From positions 96,001-160,000 of IMG/VR virus record IMGVR_UViG_3300025889_000073: 64,000 nt of DNA. The stretch is one strand, 5' to 3'. Both the position numbers and the translations under genes were made by a program. This DNA is from a virus. This document shows positions 20,158 to 30,869 of the stretch, one piece after another (the stretch's first letter is position 1; the number at the start of each line of letters is the position of its first letter). The notes beneath the pieces were generated by a model. The model saw nothing but the letters and a program-made list of their open reading frames with translations, was not told where the DNA came from and did no database searches.

Positions 20158-23100
20158 ATGGCAAAACAACTAATACATGATTATACATTTACACCTTCTG
20201 CAAATACGGTTGTAATTAATTCCGTAGTAAAAGAAGAACGATTATTATTGATTACCAATGTAAATAGTGGCATACCAATTTATTTGTTTAGTGACCCCGC
20301 AAAAAAATACAATTCAGTTACCCATGATTATGAAGCTGAAACGACAACGGTTGTTTTAGAATACAACTGTACTGCAATGACGGATAGTGACCCATTGCAA
20401 ATCTTTATCGAATCGGATGCAGCAACAATGGAAATGTCTGATACATTTCTTGATGCTGTTTCTAAAATCCGTGTTTCTACTCCAGAAAACTTAATTGATA
20501 CCGACTTTGAATACGGATTGCAATCAACAAAATGGGAAACATTAGAACGTGTCAAAAATATTCCAACATTTTTCAGTAGAACTGGAGATGATAGTTTAGT
20601 TATAACGGGAATGACCACTATTTCTGGTAGTGATGTTGTCACAGTATCTACTGAAGTTGAACATAATTTTGCTAAAGGTTATCCAGTACTTGTTGTAGGT
20701 TCAAAAAATATTACTTGTGATGGTGGATTTGTAGTTACTAATATTTTGAATTTAAATTCTTTTCAATACAAAGCAAAAGGTATACAAAATTTCACAGGTT
20801 CCATTCTAGATACCTATACGCAAGTTTTTCCAGCAAACAAATACCAAGGCACAGAATTTAAATTAGATAATATTAATTCTATTGTAACTGATGAAGCTGC
20901 TGGCGGTTCAAAATTAACAGTTACAACTGCTTTTCCTACAGCTTTTGCAAATAACACAAGTTTCTTTTTAACAAATAGTGTCAGTACATTAGAAGAAAGA
21001 ATTGATGCGGCCAATGCTGTTGTTTTTGATAATTTTGATTCATTAAGTATTTCGTCATATACATCAAATGTTTCAGGTTCAGTTGTTGGAAGCGCTAAAG
21101 GTTTAATAGACGTTGATGATTATATTGCAAGAGAAGCATTCTATTTTGATATGGCTGATGTTACTTTTAGTGGTTCTCCAAACTATACCTTAACTTTTCC
21201 TTACAAACATGGATTTGCTGATAAAACTTATGTTGTTTGGAATCCTGGCGCTGGTGAAACTTTATATGGAACCGATTCAGGATATTGGAACACAAATTTT
21301 GGCGGTGGCCAGATGTGGGCTGGATATGGTTATGTTCTTAGGAGAGTTGATGATTATACGTTTTGGTTGGAAAGAGGATGGAATAACACAAATCGAATAG
21401 CAGTAACACAACCTACAATACCTTCATATAACAATAGTACAACTAGAAGTTGTTTTATGAGAGGTTATTGGTTGGAGTATCACGGTTACTTTTACAGTAA
21501 TTATAGTATTTTTAATGGATATTACGAATGGCAAGTCTCCGGCCAAGCAAGTAAAGATCCAGCCTTGACTGTAGGAGGTTCAAACGCTACTCCTTGTGCT
21601 TTTTATAACATAAATCCTTATTTTACTCACCAATACACTTGGTCTGGAATGAATATTAGTGGTATGGGCACAACCAATGGTTATATTTCCGGTCAATATC
21701 TCTATAACCTCCGAGACCCCTATGATAATTACTATCGGTATTCTCCTTTTATCTATTATCCTTATGGATATATCCGTCAAGGATCCTATCTTCAAAATGG
21801 ATTTTATCAATATCGATACTATTATACTTGGTCGGCTGCATCCGGATCCAGTCCAGTAACTTTTGGTGCTGGGAGTCCTTATTTTATTATGGTTCCATTA
21901 GTATTAAATACAAACAGAAATACTTTTTATTTGGAAAACCATGGTTTGTCAACAGATGACCAGGTTAAAATGTCATATAGTGTTTCTGGATTAAGTCCAA
22001 TTCAAAATAGAGTTAGTATCGTAACAAACAATACTGAATATCCAATAGAATATGTTGACACAAATAGATTTAGATTAAAAAGTGATACAGGTACAATACT
22101 TCAACTTCAATCTCCAGGTTCAAACGGAACATTTACTTTTACATCTAATGTTGCAAATACATTATCTGACACAATTTATATACAAAATAGTTTATTAAGT
22201 GATAATACAGCTGTTATCTATAATGCAAATGGAAATTCTGATTTAGGAGGACTGTCAAACAATTCAACTTACTATGTTTTCCAAAAACAAAACAATAGAT
22301 TTAGATTGACTTCTACAGAAGGTGGTTTGGTTGGAAGTCCCTTAACAGTTTATCACAGCAGTTCAAATTATTCATTTGATTATATTTACACAGGTACTCA
22401 TGGAAAAACTTCTGCAAATAATGGAGATTTAGCAATATATACAGCTACAACTCCAATTGGCGGTTTAAAAAATGGAAATTATTATTATGTAAGATACTAT
22501 GATACAACTAGATTTACGTTGCACAGGTCTTATGCTGGTGCTGTAAACAATACAGACAAAATTAACTTAGCATATCCTTTTACTGGTACTGGTCAATTAC
22601 AATTTACATCAGTTGTTGATTTTTCTGCCGCAGGTACAGGAGAACATTTATTAACTGCAACAGAATTTGGTGCTGCAGATGGTGTTTATAAAATAACAAA
22701 TGATGTTTCTTCAAATACATTTGAGTTATTAACAAATTCCACAATTAAATCTAGAGATTATCAATTAGCAATTAGTACACTTGGTATGATTCCAGAGTTT
22801 AATGCAATTCGAGTTCCAGGCCATGGTTTCACACAAAAAACTCTTATTACATATGAAACAACAGGAACAGCAATAAATGGTTTAAACAATGCAGCTTCCT
22901 ATTATACATACGTTTTAGGTCCAGATTGGTTCTCACTTGCAAATACTGTTTCTGATATTGATACTGGTAATATAGTTCAATTTGATACTTCTGGTGCTAG
23001 TGGAACACATAGAATTTATACGAATTCTGTTTCTGGTGAAAAAGCTGGAAAAGGAACCATAACTGTATCAGCAACAGAAAAAGTGATTACTGGAACAAAC

Positions 23101-25515
23101 ACAAACTTCACTTCAGTATTTACTTCAGGTGATGATTTTGTAATTTATTATCCACCAGATACAACAACAATTTCCGTAACAGCAAACAATTTAAATGAAA
23201 CATTTACATATAGTGGTTCACACGGATATAGTGATGGTGATATAGTTAAGATTAGTTGGACTGGTACTGCAATTACAGGAATAAATCCTGATGTTTTCTA
23301 TTATCTAAATCAATCATCAACCACTTTGCCGTTGCAAGAATTCACATTACACCCAACATATAGTGATGCTATATCAGGAACAAATGTTATTACTTTTTCT
23401 TCAAACGGGTCCGGAGTTCAAAGTACCAAATATTCCGATGTTGGTACAAGATATGTTGATAAAATTGATTTTGTTAATGGCCAAACGCAAGTGTCATTGG
23501 AAAATGAAATTGTTGATTCTGCAACAGATGTAGAATATGCGATTCCTTCTGGTTTATTAATTCGTGCAGATGGATTTGCATTACATAGACCATATGATGG
23601 CGGTGTTGAATTGATTCCGTCATCTAATCCTGACGGAAATATGGTAAGACAAACAAGAAAATATTTCCGTTATCAATCTGGTAAAGGCATACAAGTTAGT
23701 TTAGCTGTTAATTTTAGTCCGACTACTCCAATTGATACTTTAACTAGAAGTGGAACAACAGCAACGATTACAACAAGATACCCACATCGACTTACTGCTG
23801 GTTTAAATGTTGTCGTTTCTGGTGCAACTACTGCTAGTGCAAATAATTATTGGAATGGTGAATTTACAATTGACACAACTACAGATTATGATTTTACGTT
23901 TACTTTACCTGGAACTCCTGATGAAACTACTGCTGGAGGTTTAATTGAATTTTATGTAAAATCTTGGCAAAATAGTTTGTTGCGTTGTGGTTTATTTGAT
24001 GACCAAAATGGATTGTTCTATGAGTATGATGGACAAGCTTTGTATGCGGTAAGACGAAGTTCAACAACACAAATTAGTGGAACTTCTTCTGTAACATATA
24101 AGAGTTCTTTAATTGTAGGAACAAATACAAAATATTCTTCACAACTATCAGCAGGTGAAAGAATCGTAATTAAAGGACAAACATATTTAATTACACAAAT
24201 TGATAGTGATACTCAAATGTATGTTTTACCAAGTTATACTGGTTCAACATTAGGTGGTGCAATCATCACAAAGATTATTGACACTAGAGTACCACAGTCA
24301 CAATGGAATATTGACAAGGCTGATGGAACAGGACCAACAGGATTCTCATTAGATATACATAAGATTCAAATGGCTTATATTGATTATTCTTGGTACGGTG
24401 CAGGTAAAGTCAGATTTGGATTTAAAGACCAAGACGGTATAGCAAGATATTTCCATCAGTTTGTACACGGAAATAAACAAACTGAAGCTTATATGCGTTC
24501 AGGTAATTTACCTTCCAGGTATGAGTTATTGAATATTGGAGAACCAACATATGTTCCGGCTTTAGCCCATTGGGGAACATCTGTTATTATGGATGGTAGA
24601 TTCGATGACGATAAGGCATACGTTTTTACCGCTTCGAGTACTCCGTTTAACTTATCTGGTTCTGTCACACTTGATTTAACTGCAAGAGTAGAAACAACAA
24701 GTTATTATTATAATATATCCGGTAATCAATTAAAAACTATTGGATACGCATTAGATACAACATCAAACACTTTGTTCAATGGTATTTCTGATGGCTTGGT
24801 AATAAGTGGTACTGGATTACAAGCTGGAACAAAGACTAGCAATCCATATAATTCAACTATCACTCCATATCAGCCGTATTTGGGGGCAATTTATTCTTCA
24901 ATAGGTTATAGTTCCAGAACCACCAGAAACTTAATTGTTTTGGATAGACAACCTACCGGCACGGCAGCTAATGGCACATATACAATAACATATCCGACAA
25001 CACAAACCGTTACGGGTGTTATACCATTGATTTCAATTCGATTGGCTCCTAGTGTTGATACCGGTTCACCAGGATTATTAGGTGAAAGAGAAATTATTAA
25101 CCGGATGCAATTGATTTTATCGAGTGTTGGTATTCTCTCAACACACACAGTTGAAGTTCAATTGGTATTGAATGGAACTTTAAGTACTAATACTTGGCAA
25201 CGAGTTAACAGTCCAAGTTTGAGTCAGTTGTTGTATCATAGTAATAAAGATACAATTTATGGTGGTGCTATTGCATATTCATTCCGAGCGCAAGGTGGTA
25301 CAGGAACAACAGGTCGTACACCTTCGTTAACGCAACAAGACCTCGGTGAAGTTGCAACATTAGGTAATTCAATACTTGGTGGTAACGGTACTTTCCCAGA
25401 TGGTCCAGACGTTTTGACTGTAACTGCTAGATTGATTGAAGATGCCTCGACAGTTTCCAGTACAAATCCATTTGAAATTACCGGCCGTATTTCTTGGTCA
25501 GAGAGTCAGGCATAA
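20158..25515 (+). CDS. Very large virion structural protein (1785 aa)
   Basis: K+RVS.P..LIDTDFEYGLQ.TKWE and RQTRKYFRYQSGKG motifs; repeated HG+..GD.+.Y beta-modules; aromatic-rich central region. Confidence 0.75.
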   Translation: MAKQLIHDYTFTPSANTVVINSVVKEERLLLITNVNSGIPIYLFSDPAKKYNSVTHDYEAETTTVVLEYNCTAMTDSDPLQIFIESDAATMEMSDTFLDAVSKIRVSTPENLIDTDFEYGLQSTKWETLERVKNIPTFFSRTGDDSLVITGMTTISGSDVVTVSTEVEHNFAKGYPVLVVGSKNITCDGGFVVTNILNLNSFQYKAKGIQNFTGSILDTYTQVFPANKYQGTEFKLDNINSIVTDEAAGGSKLTVTTAFPTAFANNTSFFLTNSVSTLEERIDAANAVVFDNFDSLSISSYTSNVSGSVVGSAKGLIDVDDYIAREAFYFDMADVTFSGSPNYTLTFPYKHGFADKTYVVWNPGAGETLYGTDSGYWNTNFGGGQMWAGYGYVLRRVDDYTFWLERGWNNTNRIAVTQPTIPSYNNSTTRSCFMRGYWLEYHGYFYSNYSIFNGYYEWQVSGQASKDPALTVGGSNATPCAFYNINPYFTHQYTWSGMNISGMGTTNGYISGQYLYNLRDPYDNYYRYSPFIYYPYGYIRQGSYLQNGFYQYRYYYTWSAASGSSPVTFGAGSPYFIMVPLVLNTNRNTFYLENHGLSTDDQVKMSYSVSGLSPIQNRVSIVTNNTEYPIEYVDTNRFRLKSDTGTILQLQSPGSNGTFTFTSNVANTLSDTIYIQNSLLSDNTAVIYNANGNSDLGGLSNNSTYYVFQKQNNRFRLTSTEGGLVGSPLTVYHSSSNYSFDYIYTGTHGKTSANNGDLAIYTATTPIGGLKNGNYYYVRYYDTTRFTLHRSYAGAVNNTDKINLAYPFTGTGQLQFTSVVDFSAAGTGEHLLTATEFGAADGVYKITNDVSSNTFELLTNSTIKSRDYQLAISTLGMIPEFNAIRVPGHGFTQKTLITYETTGTAINGLNNAASYYTYVLGPDWFSLANTVSDIDTGNIVQFDTSGASGTHRIYTNSVSGEKAGKGTITVSATEKVITGTNTNFTSVFTSGDDFVIYYPPDTTTISVTANNLNETFTYSGSHGYSDGDIVKISWTGTAITGINPDVFYYLNQSSTTLPLQEFTLHPTYSDAISGTNVITFSSNGSGVQSTKYSDVGTRYVDKIDFVNGQTQVSLENEIVDSATDVEYAIPSGLLIRADGFALHRPYDGGVELIPSSNPDGNMVRQTRKYFRYQSGKGIQVSLAVNFSPTTPIDTLTRSGTTATITTRYPHRLTAGLNVVVSGATTASANNYWNGEFTIDTTTDYDFTFTLPGTPDETTAGGLIEFYVKSWQNSLLRCGLFDDQNGLFYEYDGQALYAVRRSSTTQISGTSSVTYKSSLIVGTNTKYSSQLSAGERIVIKGQTYLITQIDSDTQMYVLPSYTGSTLGGAIITKIIDTRVPQSQWNIDKADGTGPTGFSLDIHKIQMAYIDYSWYGAGKVRFGFKDQDGIARYFHQFVHGNKQTEAYMRSGNLPSRYELLNIGEPTYVPALAHWGTSVIMDGRFDDDKAYVFTASSTPFNLSGSVTLDLTARVETTSYYYNISGNQLKTIGYALDTTSNTLFNGISDGLVISGTGLQAGTKTSNPYNSTITPYQPYLGAIYSSIGYSSRTTRNLIVLDRQPTGTAANGTYTITYPTTQTVTGVIPLISIRLAPSVDTGSPGLLGEREIINRMQLILSSVGILSTHTVEVQLVLNGTLSTNTWQRVNSPSLSQLLYHSNKDTIYGGAIAYSFRAQGGTGTTGRTPSLTQQDLGEVATLGNSILGGNGTFPDGPDVLTVTARLIEDASTVSSTNPFEITGRISWSESQA

Positions 25516-27257
25516 TGGCATATCAAAAAGTTTCACCCGAATATATCGAAACACAAGGCTCTTTAGCTGGAGATATATTAACTTCGAACGGTTCGAATAC
25601 ATATTGGACAACACCTGATTATGTTTCGTCTTCAGCTGGAGGATGGATTTTAGGTGATATATTCATCAATAGTGGAACAGATTCGAATTCAAATAGTACA
25701 GGAGCTTTAAAAGTTGCTGGTGGTATTGGTGTTAGTGGAAATGTATTTGCCAATTCAGTTGAAGTTTTAGAACAAATTGATTTAACACCCAACGACCATA
25801 GAGATTATAAAGAAGGTCGTTTATTTTATGACTCGGAACATAAGACATTAAATTATTATAATGATGTTAATGCTGGATTTCCTATTGAACTTGGTGAAAA
25901 TGTTTTAATACGAATTTTTAATTCAACAAATGCTCAAATAAACATAGGCGCTCCTGTAACACTTTCAGGACTCACTACAGAAGGTGTACCAAAAGGAGTT
26001 TTAGCTGATGCTTCCACACCAACACTATATAACTTTTCTGGATTAGCTGGTCATAATATCGCTAACGGAACATACGGATATGTTGTTGCAGCCGGTATTG
26101 TTAGAGGCATGGACACTTCATCCTTAACTGAAGGTGGTCGAGCATTCGTTGGCTTTGCAACACCAGGTACTATTGTACAACCATCACCAAGTTATCCAAA
26201 TTATCCTATGTGTATTGGTTATGTTGCAAAATCTGATGCAGTAAATGGTATATTTGTTGTTGAGCAACAGAATCACTCCGTAAATTCTTTTAGAGTTTTA
26301 AATGACGCTAGAGTTGATGGCACACTAACAGCTGCAAATTTAGAAATTTTAGGAACACAAACTACTGTTGCTGTCAATAATCTTGAAGTTGTAGATACTT
26401 TTATTTATTTGGGCGGTGGTGATTCAATCACATCACCTAATGTTACTGGTGTTAATGGTTTAAATGACTTATCTTTTAAAGGACATTACGAAGGTTCTGG
26501 TACAATACAATTTTATGTTGAAATAGATGGAACATCACCCGATACATTTAAATGGTCTTATAATGATTTTGTTACTACAGAAGCATCAGCACAAACAATA
26601 ACAGGTCTTACTCAAACACTATCAAACGGCATTTCAGTTTTGTTTGAAGCAACTTCAGGACATACGTTGGGTGATAAATGGTGGGGTGAAGGTTCTCCAA
26701 TCAACACAGATATTGGTACAGTAGGCAATAGAAACGATAGTGCTATTGGAGGTCCTGGTTATACTCACATTGGTTGGTTCTTTGATGTAACAGATAATAA
26801 ATTTAAATTTTTTGATAGATATGATGACGAACCAGAAGGCACAATTGACCCAACATCAGGCACAGCAAATTGGCATTTAGCTAATTTGGAATTTGGAACA
26901 ACAAATACAATAACTTCAAATACTACAACATCCAATAGTCGAGTTTTAAACACAGGAACATTAACAGCAACAGATACAAGTTATTTCACATCTGGTGCCA
27001 ATTCAACATCAAATATTACAGGTGCAGTTGTTGTAACTGGAGGATTAGGTGTATCAGGAAATGTCTATTGTGCAGGAGAATTGGTTATAGAAGGTTCGGC
27101 AAATGGTGATATATCCGGAGTAGATAATATATATGCTAACAATGCTTATTTTAGTCTTGCTAACACAACAACCTTAGCATTTTCTGATGGTTCACAACAA
27201 ACTTCTGCTGGACTTAGCAAAGGCTTTTCAGTAGCATTTACTTTTTTAATATTTTAA
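25515..27257 (+). CDS. Tail fibre-like virion protein
   Basis: Two S.S..TGA+.V.GG+GVSGNV repeats. Start placed at the TAATG overlap with the upstream stop rather than at 25494. Confidence 0.7.
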   Translation: MAYQKVSPEYIETQGSLAGDILTSNGSNTYWTTPDYVSSSAGGWILGDIFINSGTDSNSNSTGALKVAGGIGVSGNVFANSVEVLEQIDLTPNDHRDYKEGRLFYDSEHKTLNYYNDVNAGFPIELGENVLIRIFNSTNAQINIGAPVTLSGLTTEGVPKGVLADASTPTLYNFSGLAGHNIANGTYGYVVAAGIVRGMDTSSLTEGGRAFVGFATPGTIVQPSPSYPNYPMCIGYVAKSDAVNGIFVVEQQNHSVNSFRVLNDARVDGTLTAANLEILGTQTTVAVNNLEVVDTFIYLGGGDSITSPNVTGVNGLNDLSFKGHYEGSGTIQFYVEIDGTSPDTFKWSYNDFVTTEASAQTITGLTQTLSNGISVLFEATSGHTLGDKWWGEGSPINTDIGTVGNRNDSAIGGPGYTHIGWFFDVTDNKFKFFDRYDDEPEGTIDPTSGTANWHLANLEFGTTNTITSNTTTSNSRVLNTGTLTATDTSYFTSGANSTSNITGAVVVTGGLGVSGNVYCAGELVIEGSANGDISGVDNIYANNAYFSLANTTTLAFSDGSQQTSAGLSKGFSVAFTFLIF

Positions 27258-27278
27258 ATTATAGATTAAGAGAAAAAT

Positions 27279-27638
27279 ATGGCAAATCCAAATTTACTTA
27301 ACATGACTGGAATGTACGGTGAAACTGCCGTAGCACAACTTACAACAGGCACAACAAGTTTGGTGACAAATGCTTCAGCATCTGGTACATTGGTTAAGAT
27401 AAACAGTTTAATTGTTTCCAATGTGGATGGAACAAATGCAGCAGACGTAAACGCATGGATATTAAGAAGTGCTGTTGCTTACAATATTGCTTCAACAATT
27501 TCTGTTCCGGCCGATGCAACTCTTGTTTTAATTTCAAAAGACACTTCAATTTATTTACAAGAAAACGACACTTTGCAATTGTCTGCTGGTACGTCTGGTG
27601 ACTTAGAAGTTGTTTGTAGTTATGAAGTTATATCATAA
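27279..27638 (+). CDS. Conserved small virion protein (MANPN-type)
   Basis: KINSL+V.NVDGT.AAD...IA.TISVPADATL.+I.K...IYL.E.D motif typical of aquatic phage fibre clusters. Confidence 0.7.
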   Translation: MANPNLLNMTGMYGETAVAQLTTGTTSLVTNASASGTLVKINSLIVSNVDGTNAADVNAWILRSAVAYNIASTISVPADATLVLISKDTSIYLQENDTLQLSAGTSGDLEVVCSYEVIS

Positions 27639-27649
27639 GGTAATTAACC

Positions 27650-28789
27650 ATGGCAGGTTATTATACCTATAATGGAGGCCTAATAGGTACAGGTCAAATA
27701 TCAGAAGTTGCAGGTGTTCATGATTTAAGAAGAAATTTACTTACACCACCAGGTGCTTTTTATACATTTTCTACCCACACATTTACTACTGCTGGAAATG
27801 ATACGAGTAGAAATGGACCAACTTTAAGTGAGGTACAAACATCTTATAGTAGTGAAATATGGACTTCAGATAGTAGTTTTTTGAATGTGTATTCAGGAGT
27901 ACAACTTTGGAAAGTACCCGCAACAGCAAATTACGACATAACAGCAGCTGGAGCACGGGGTGGTAGTGGTATAAATGGTACTTCCTATACTTCTGCTGGT
28001 AGTGGTAGAATAGTTAGTGGCAGAGTTTCTTTAATAGCAGGCGATGTTATAGCAATTATCGTTGGAGCTATTGGTAATGAAAGAGGTGGCGGCGGCGGAA
28101 GTTTTGTTTGGTATTGGGGAAATCCCATAAGTTCTGGTCCAGGTACTCAAAATTTAATTATAGCTGCTGGCGGCGGAGGAGGAGGAGGCGCTTGGCCATC
28201 ATCAGGAAATTGGGCTGATGCTCCGCAATCAGAATCAGCAGTATCTTGGTTTGCATTAACTCCGACAACTTATGTAACATATAACTCACCTCCAACTAAT
28301 GGCGGTTCTGGTGAACAAAGAGACAATACTGTTAATTATTGGGATGGCTGTCCTGGCGCAGGATGGAACGAAGACGGAGTAGTACAGACAACTGCGCCAA
28401 CAGCGTATTATACTACATGGGGAGAAACAGCTGATACTTCTAATAGTACTATTATGGGAGCGCTATCACCAAAATCACCAGTTTCGCCTGGAAGAGGTGG
28501 AATAGCTTGGTTTAATAGTGCTGGAGGAAACCCCGATGGAAGTGGCGCAGGTGGATTTGGTGGAGGAGGAACTATGGGAGGAGACAATGCATCCGCCTCT
28601 GGAGTTGGCGGCGGTGGCGGAGGTTATAGTGGCGGATGTCAAGGCGGCAACAATGGCGCCAGCAGCGCCGGCGGCCGTGCTCAAGGAGGCGGCGCCGGCA
28701 GTTACTTAAATTCATCTCCTTACCTAACTAATAAAACTTGGGGGTCTACTAATAGTGGTGCGGGTTACGTTACAATTACAAAAGTCTGA
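27650..28789 (+). CDS. Glycine-rich protein with an ALK/LTK-like glycine-rich domain
   Basis: FT..G...R.GPTL, G+Q.W.VP....Y.I.A.GA.GG, GGGGGSFV, IIAAGGGGG, GGFGGGG, GGGGGYSGG and G.VTITK motifs. Confidence 0.75.
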   Translation: MAGYYTYNGGLIGTGQISEVAGVHDLRRNLLTPPGAFYTFSTHTFTTAGNDTSRNGPTLSEVQTSYSSEIWTSDSSFLNVYSGVQLWKVPATANYDITAAGARGGSGINGTSYTSAGSGRIVSGRVSLIAGDVIAIIVGAIGNERGGGGGSFVWYWGNPISSGPGTQNLIIAAGGGGGGGAWPSSGNWADAPQSESAVSWFALTPTTYVTYNSPPTNGGSGEQRDNTVNYWDGCPGAGWNEDGVVQTTAPTAYYTTWGETADTSNSTIMGALSPKSPVSPGRGGIAWFNSAGGNPDGSGAGGFGGGGTMGGDNASASGVGGGGGGYSGGCQGGNNGASSAGGRAQGGGAGSYLNSSPYLTNKTWGSTNSGAGYVTITKV

Positions 28790-28797
28790 TAATTAAA

Positions 28798-30840
28798 ATG
28801 AAAAGAAATAGTAATTTTATAACTTCACAAAAATTAGATGTTACTAAAACATTTTATTCTGGTATACACGACACATTTGATAATTATAATTTTAGAAAAG
28901 ATGATTCATGGCCAGAACCTAGAAAAATAACAAGTGTAAATAATGCTACAGATAGTTATTCTTCAGCTGGAAATTATACCAGTAGTAGCAATTATGGTTT
29001 TCAAGGCCGAACTTTTCGATGGCAAGTTTATTTTACTGGTTTTATTCCAGGAGATTATATATGGTTAGTAACAAATGACGCACAGAATTCTTTTACCGCC
29101 TCTGATTTTACAGACAATTCACTCACATCAAAGATTCAATTAAGTTCTACAGATATAACAAATGGCTATGTGTATTTTTATAAAACTTTAAGTTCAACTA
29201 CTGTAGATGGTGTACAAGAAGGTTTTCGTGTATATTGGTATTATGGTGATGTGTCTACTTATTTTGGAGATTTCTTGTGGTATAGTGGTATTTTTTACAT
29301 TCGAACTCCATCGGCCACTTTTGATACAAGCACTTATAGTTTAAATGAAGGTAGTACTGTAACACCTACAATATACACTAACTATGTAGCAGATAACTTG
29401 GTATTGTATTGGCGAGTTTTATATGGTTCTGGATTAACAGCAGAAGATTTTACAACTCAACCTTCGTTAACACAGTTGCAACTTGGTAGCAGCGGTTCTT
29501 ATGGATTTAATCAATCTTGGTACACTCTTGACGTATCTCCTGGTTACTATACACCTAATCAAACATGGACAGCAAATTCTGACTTTTTAACAGAAGGGAC
29601 AGAAACAATAACTATGTATTTGAGATGGTTAACTTCATCCGGACCAATATTACACACAGCAACTATTAACGTAAATGACACCTCTCAAAATGTACTTGCA
29701 ACGATTTCTGAAAGTACAACTTCAATAGATGAAGGTAGTAATGTTGTATTTACAATAGATACTTCTTCTTCAGCAACAACAGTTCCAGACGGAACAGTTT
29801 TAAATTGGGATTTAGAAAACATATCAACTACGACTGGATATTGGAACAACACCGATATTATAGAAGGATTTGCAAATACAGTTTCTATTGTAAGTAACAC
29901 AGCAACAGTAACAATAACAGCAAATACTGATGCATTTACAGAAGGTTCGGAATCTTTTAGACTTAGATTAAAAGATACTTACGGAACATACATAGCAAAC
30001 AGTAATACTGTCACAATCAATGACACATCGACTGGAACAGCAGAAACACTACAAGTTGTTGCTGGCCAAGCTGAATATACAACTCCTGGATCATATTCTT
30101 GGACAGCACCAAACGGTGTAACAAATGTTTCCGTAGTATGCATAGGTGCTGGGGCTGCTGGGGTCAACTCTGCTGGTGGCGCTCGAGGCGGCGGTGGCGG
30201 CGGGCTGGGTTGGAAAAATAATATACCAGTCGTACCCGGTAATTCTTATACCGTTGAAGTAGGCGCAGGCACTAGCTCAACCGGCACAGCGACTACTGCT
30301 GGGAGTAGTTATTTTATAAGCCTTGCAACTGTTGCTGGTTATGGTGGAACAAGTACATCAGGTGCAGCAGCTACTTATGTTGGTGATGGCGGTGGTAATG
30401 GTGGTATAGGTGGAGTAGGAGCTTCTGGCTATGAGTCTGGCGGTGGTGGTGCTGGTGGATATAGCGGCGCTGGCGGCAATGGCGGTTGGTACCCATCGCC
30501 GGCGGCCACGGACGGTTCAGGTGGCGGTGGCGGCGGCGGAGGATATGGTAATCTTACAGGCGGCGGCGGTGGAGGAACAGGAATATACGGCGAAGGAACG
30601 AATGGCTCAGCAGGCGCTAGCACAACAGGCTCTTATGGTACCGGCGGCGGCGGAGGTTCAGGTGGTGTAGATGGTAACACCGGTGCTAGCCCTGTTTACG
30701 GAGGGAATTATGGTGGTGGGTCGTATGGTAGATTTGGTAACGGCGGTACGTCAGTTGGAGCGGGAGGAGCTGTTCGTATCATATGGGGTGACGGACTTAT
30801 TAGTAGGTCCTTTCCTTCAACCAATACTGGAGACGTTTAA
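28798..30840 (+). CDS. Virion protein with Calx-beta-like repeats and a C-terminal glycine-rich domain
   Basis: EG..V ... D..TEG.E.F ... INDTS repeated twice; YTTPGSYSWTAP.GVT.VSVVCIG; polyGly tracts; ends GAVRIIWG...R.FPST. Confidence 0.75.
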   Translation: MKRNSNFITSQKLDVTKTFYSGIHDTFDNYNFRKDDSWPEPRKITSVNNATDSYSSAGNYTSSSNYGFQGRTFRWQVYFTGFIPGDYIWLVTNDAQNSFTASDFTDNSLTSKIQLSSTDITNGYVYFYKTLSSTTVDGVQEGFRVYWYYGDVSTYFGDFLWYSGIFYIRTPSATFDTSTYSLNEGSTVTPTIYTNYVADNLVLYWRVLYGSGLTAEDFTTQPSLTQLQLGSSGSYGFNQSWYTLDVSPGYYTPNQTWTANSDFLTEGTETITMYLRWLTSSGPILHTATINVNDTSQNVLATISESTTSIDEGSNVVFTIDTSSSATTVPDGTVLNWDLENISTTTGYWNNTDIIEGFANTVSIVSNTATVTITANTDAFTEGSESFRLRLKDTYGTYIANSNTVTINDTSTGTAETLQVVAGQAEYTTPGSYSWTAPNGVTNVSVVCIGAGAAGVNSAGGARGGGGGGLGWKNNIPVVPGNSYTVEVGAGTSSTGTATTAGSSYFISLATVAGYGGTSTSGAAATYVGDGGGNGGIGGVGASGYESGGGGAGGYSGAGGNGGWYPSPAATDGSGGGGGGGGYGNLTGGGGGGTGIYGEGTNGSAGASTTGSYGTGGGGGSGGVDGNTGASPVYGGNYGGGSYGRFGNGGTSVGAGGAVRIIWGDGLISRSFPSTNTGDV

Positions 30841-30869
30841 TATATAATATATAAACATTTGGAGTTATT

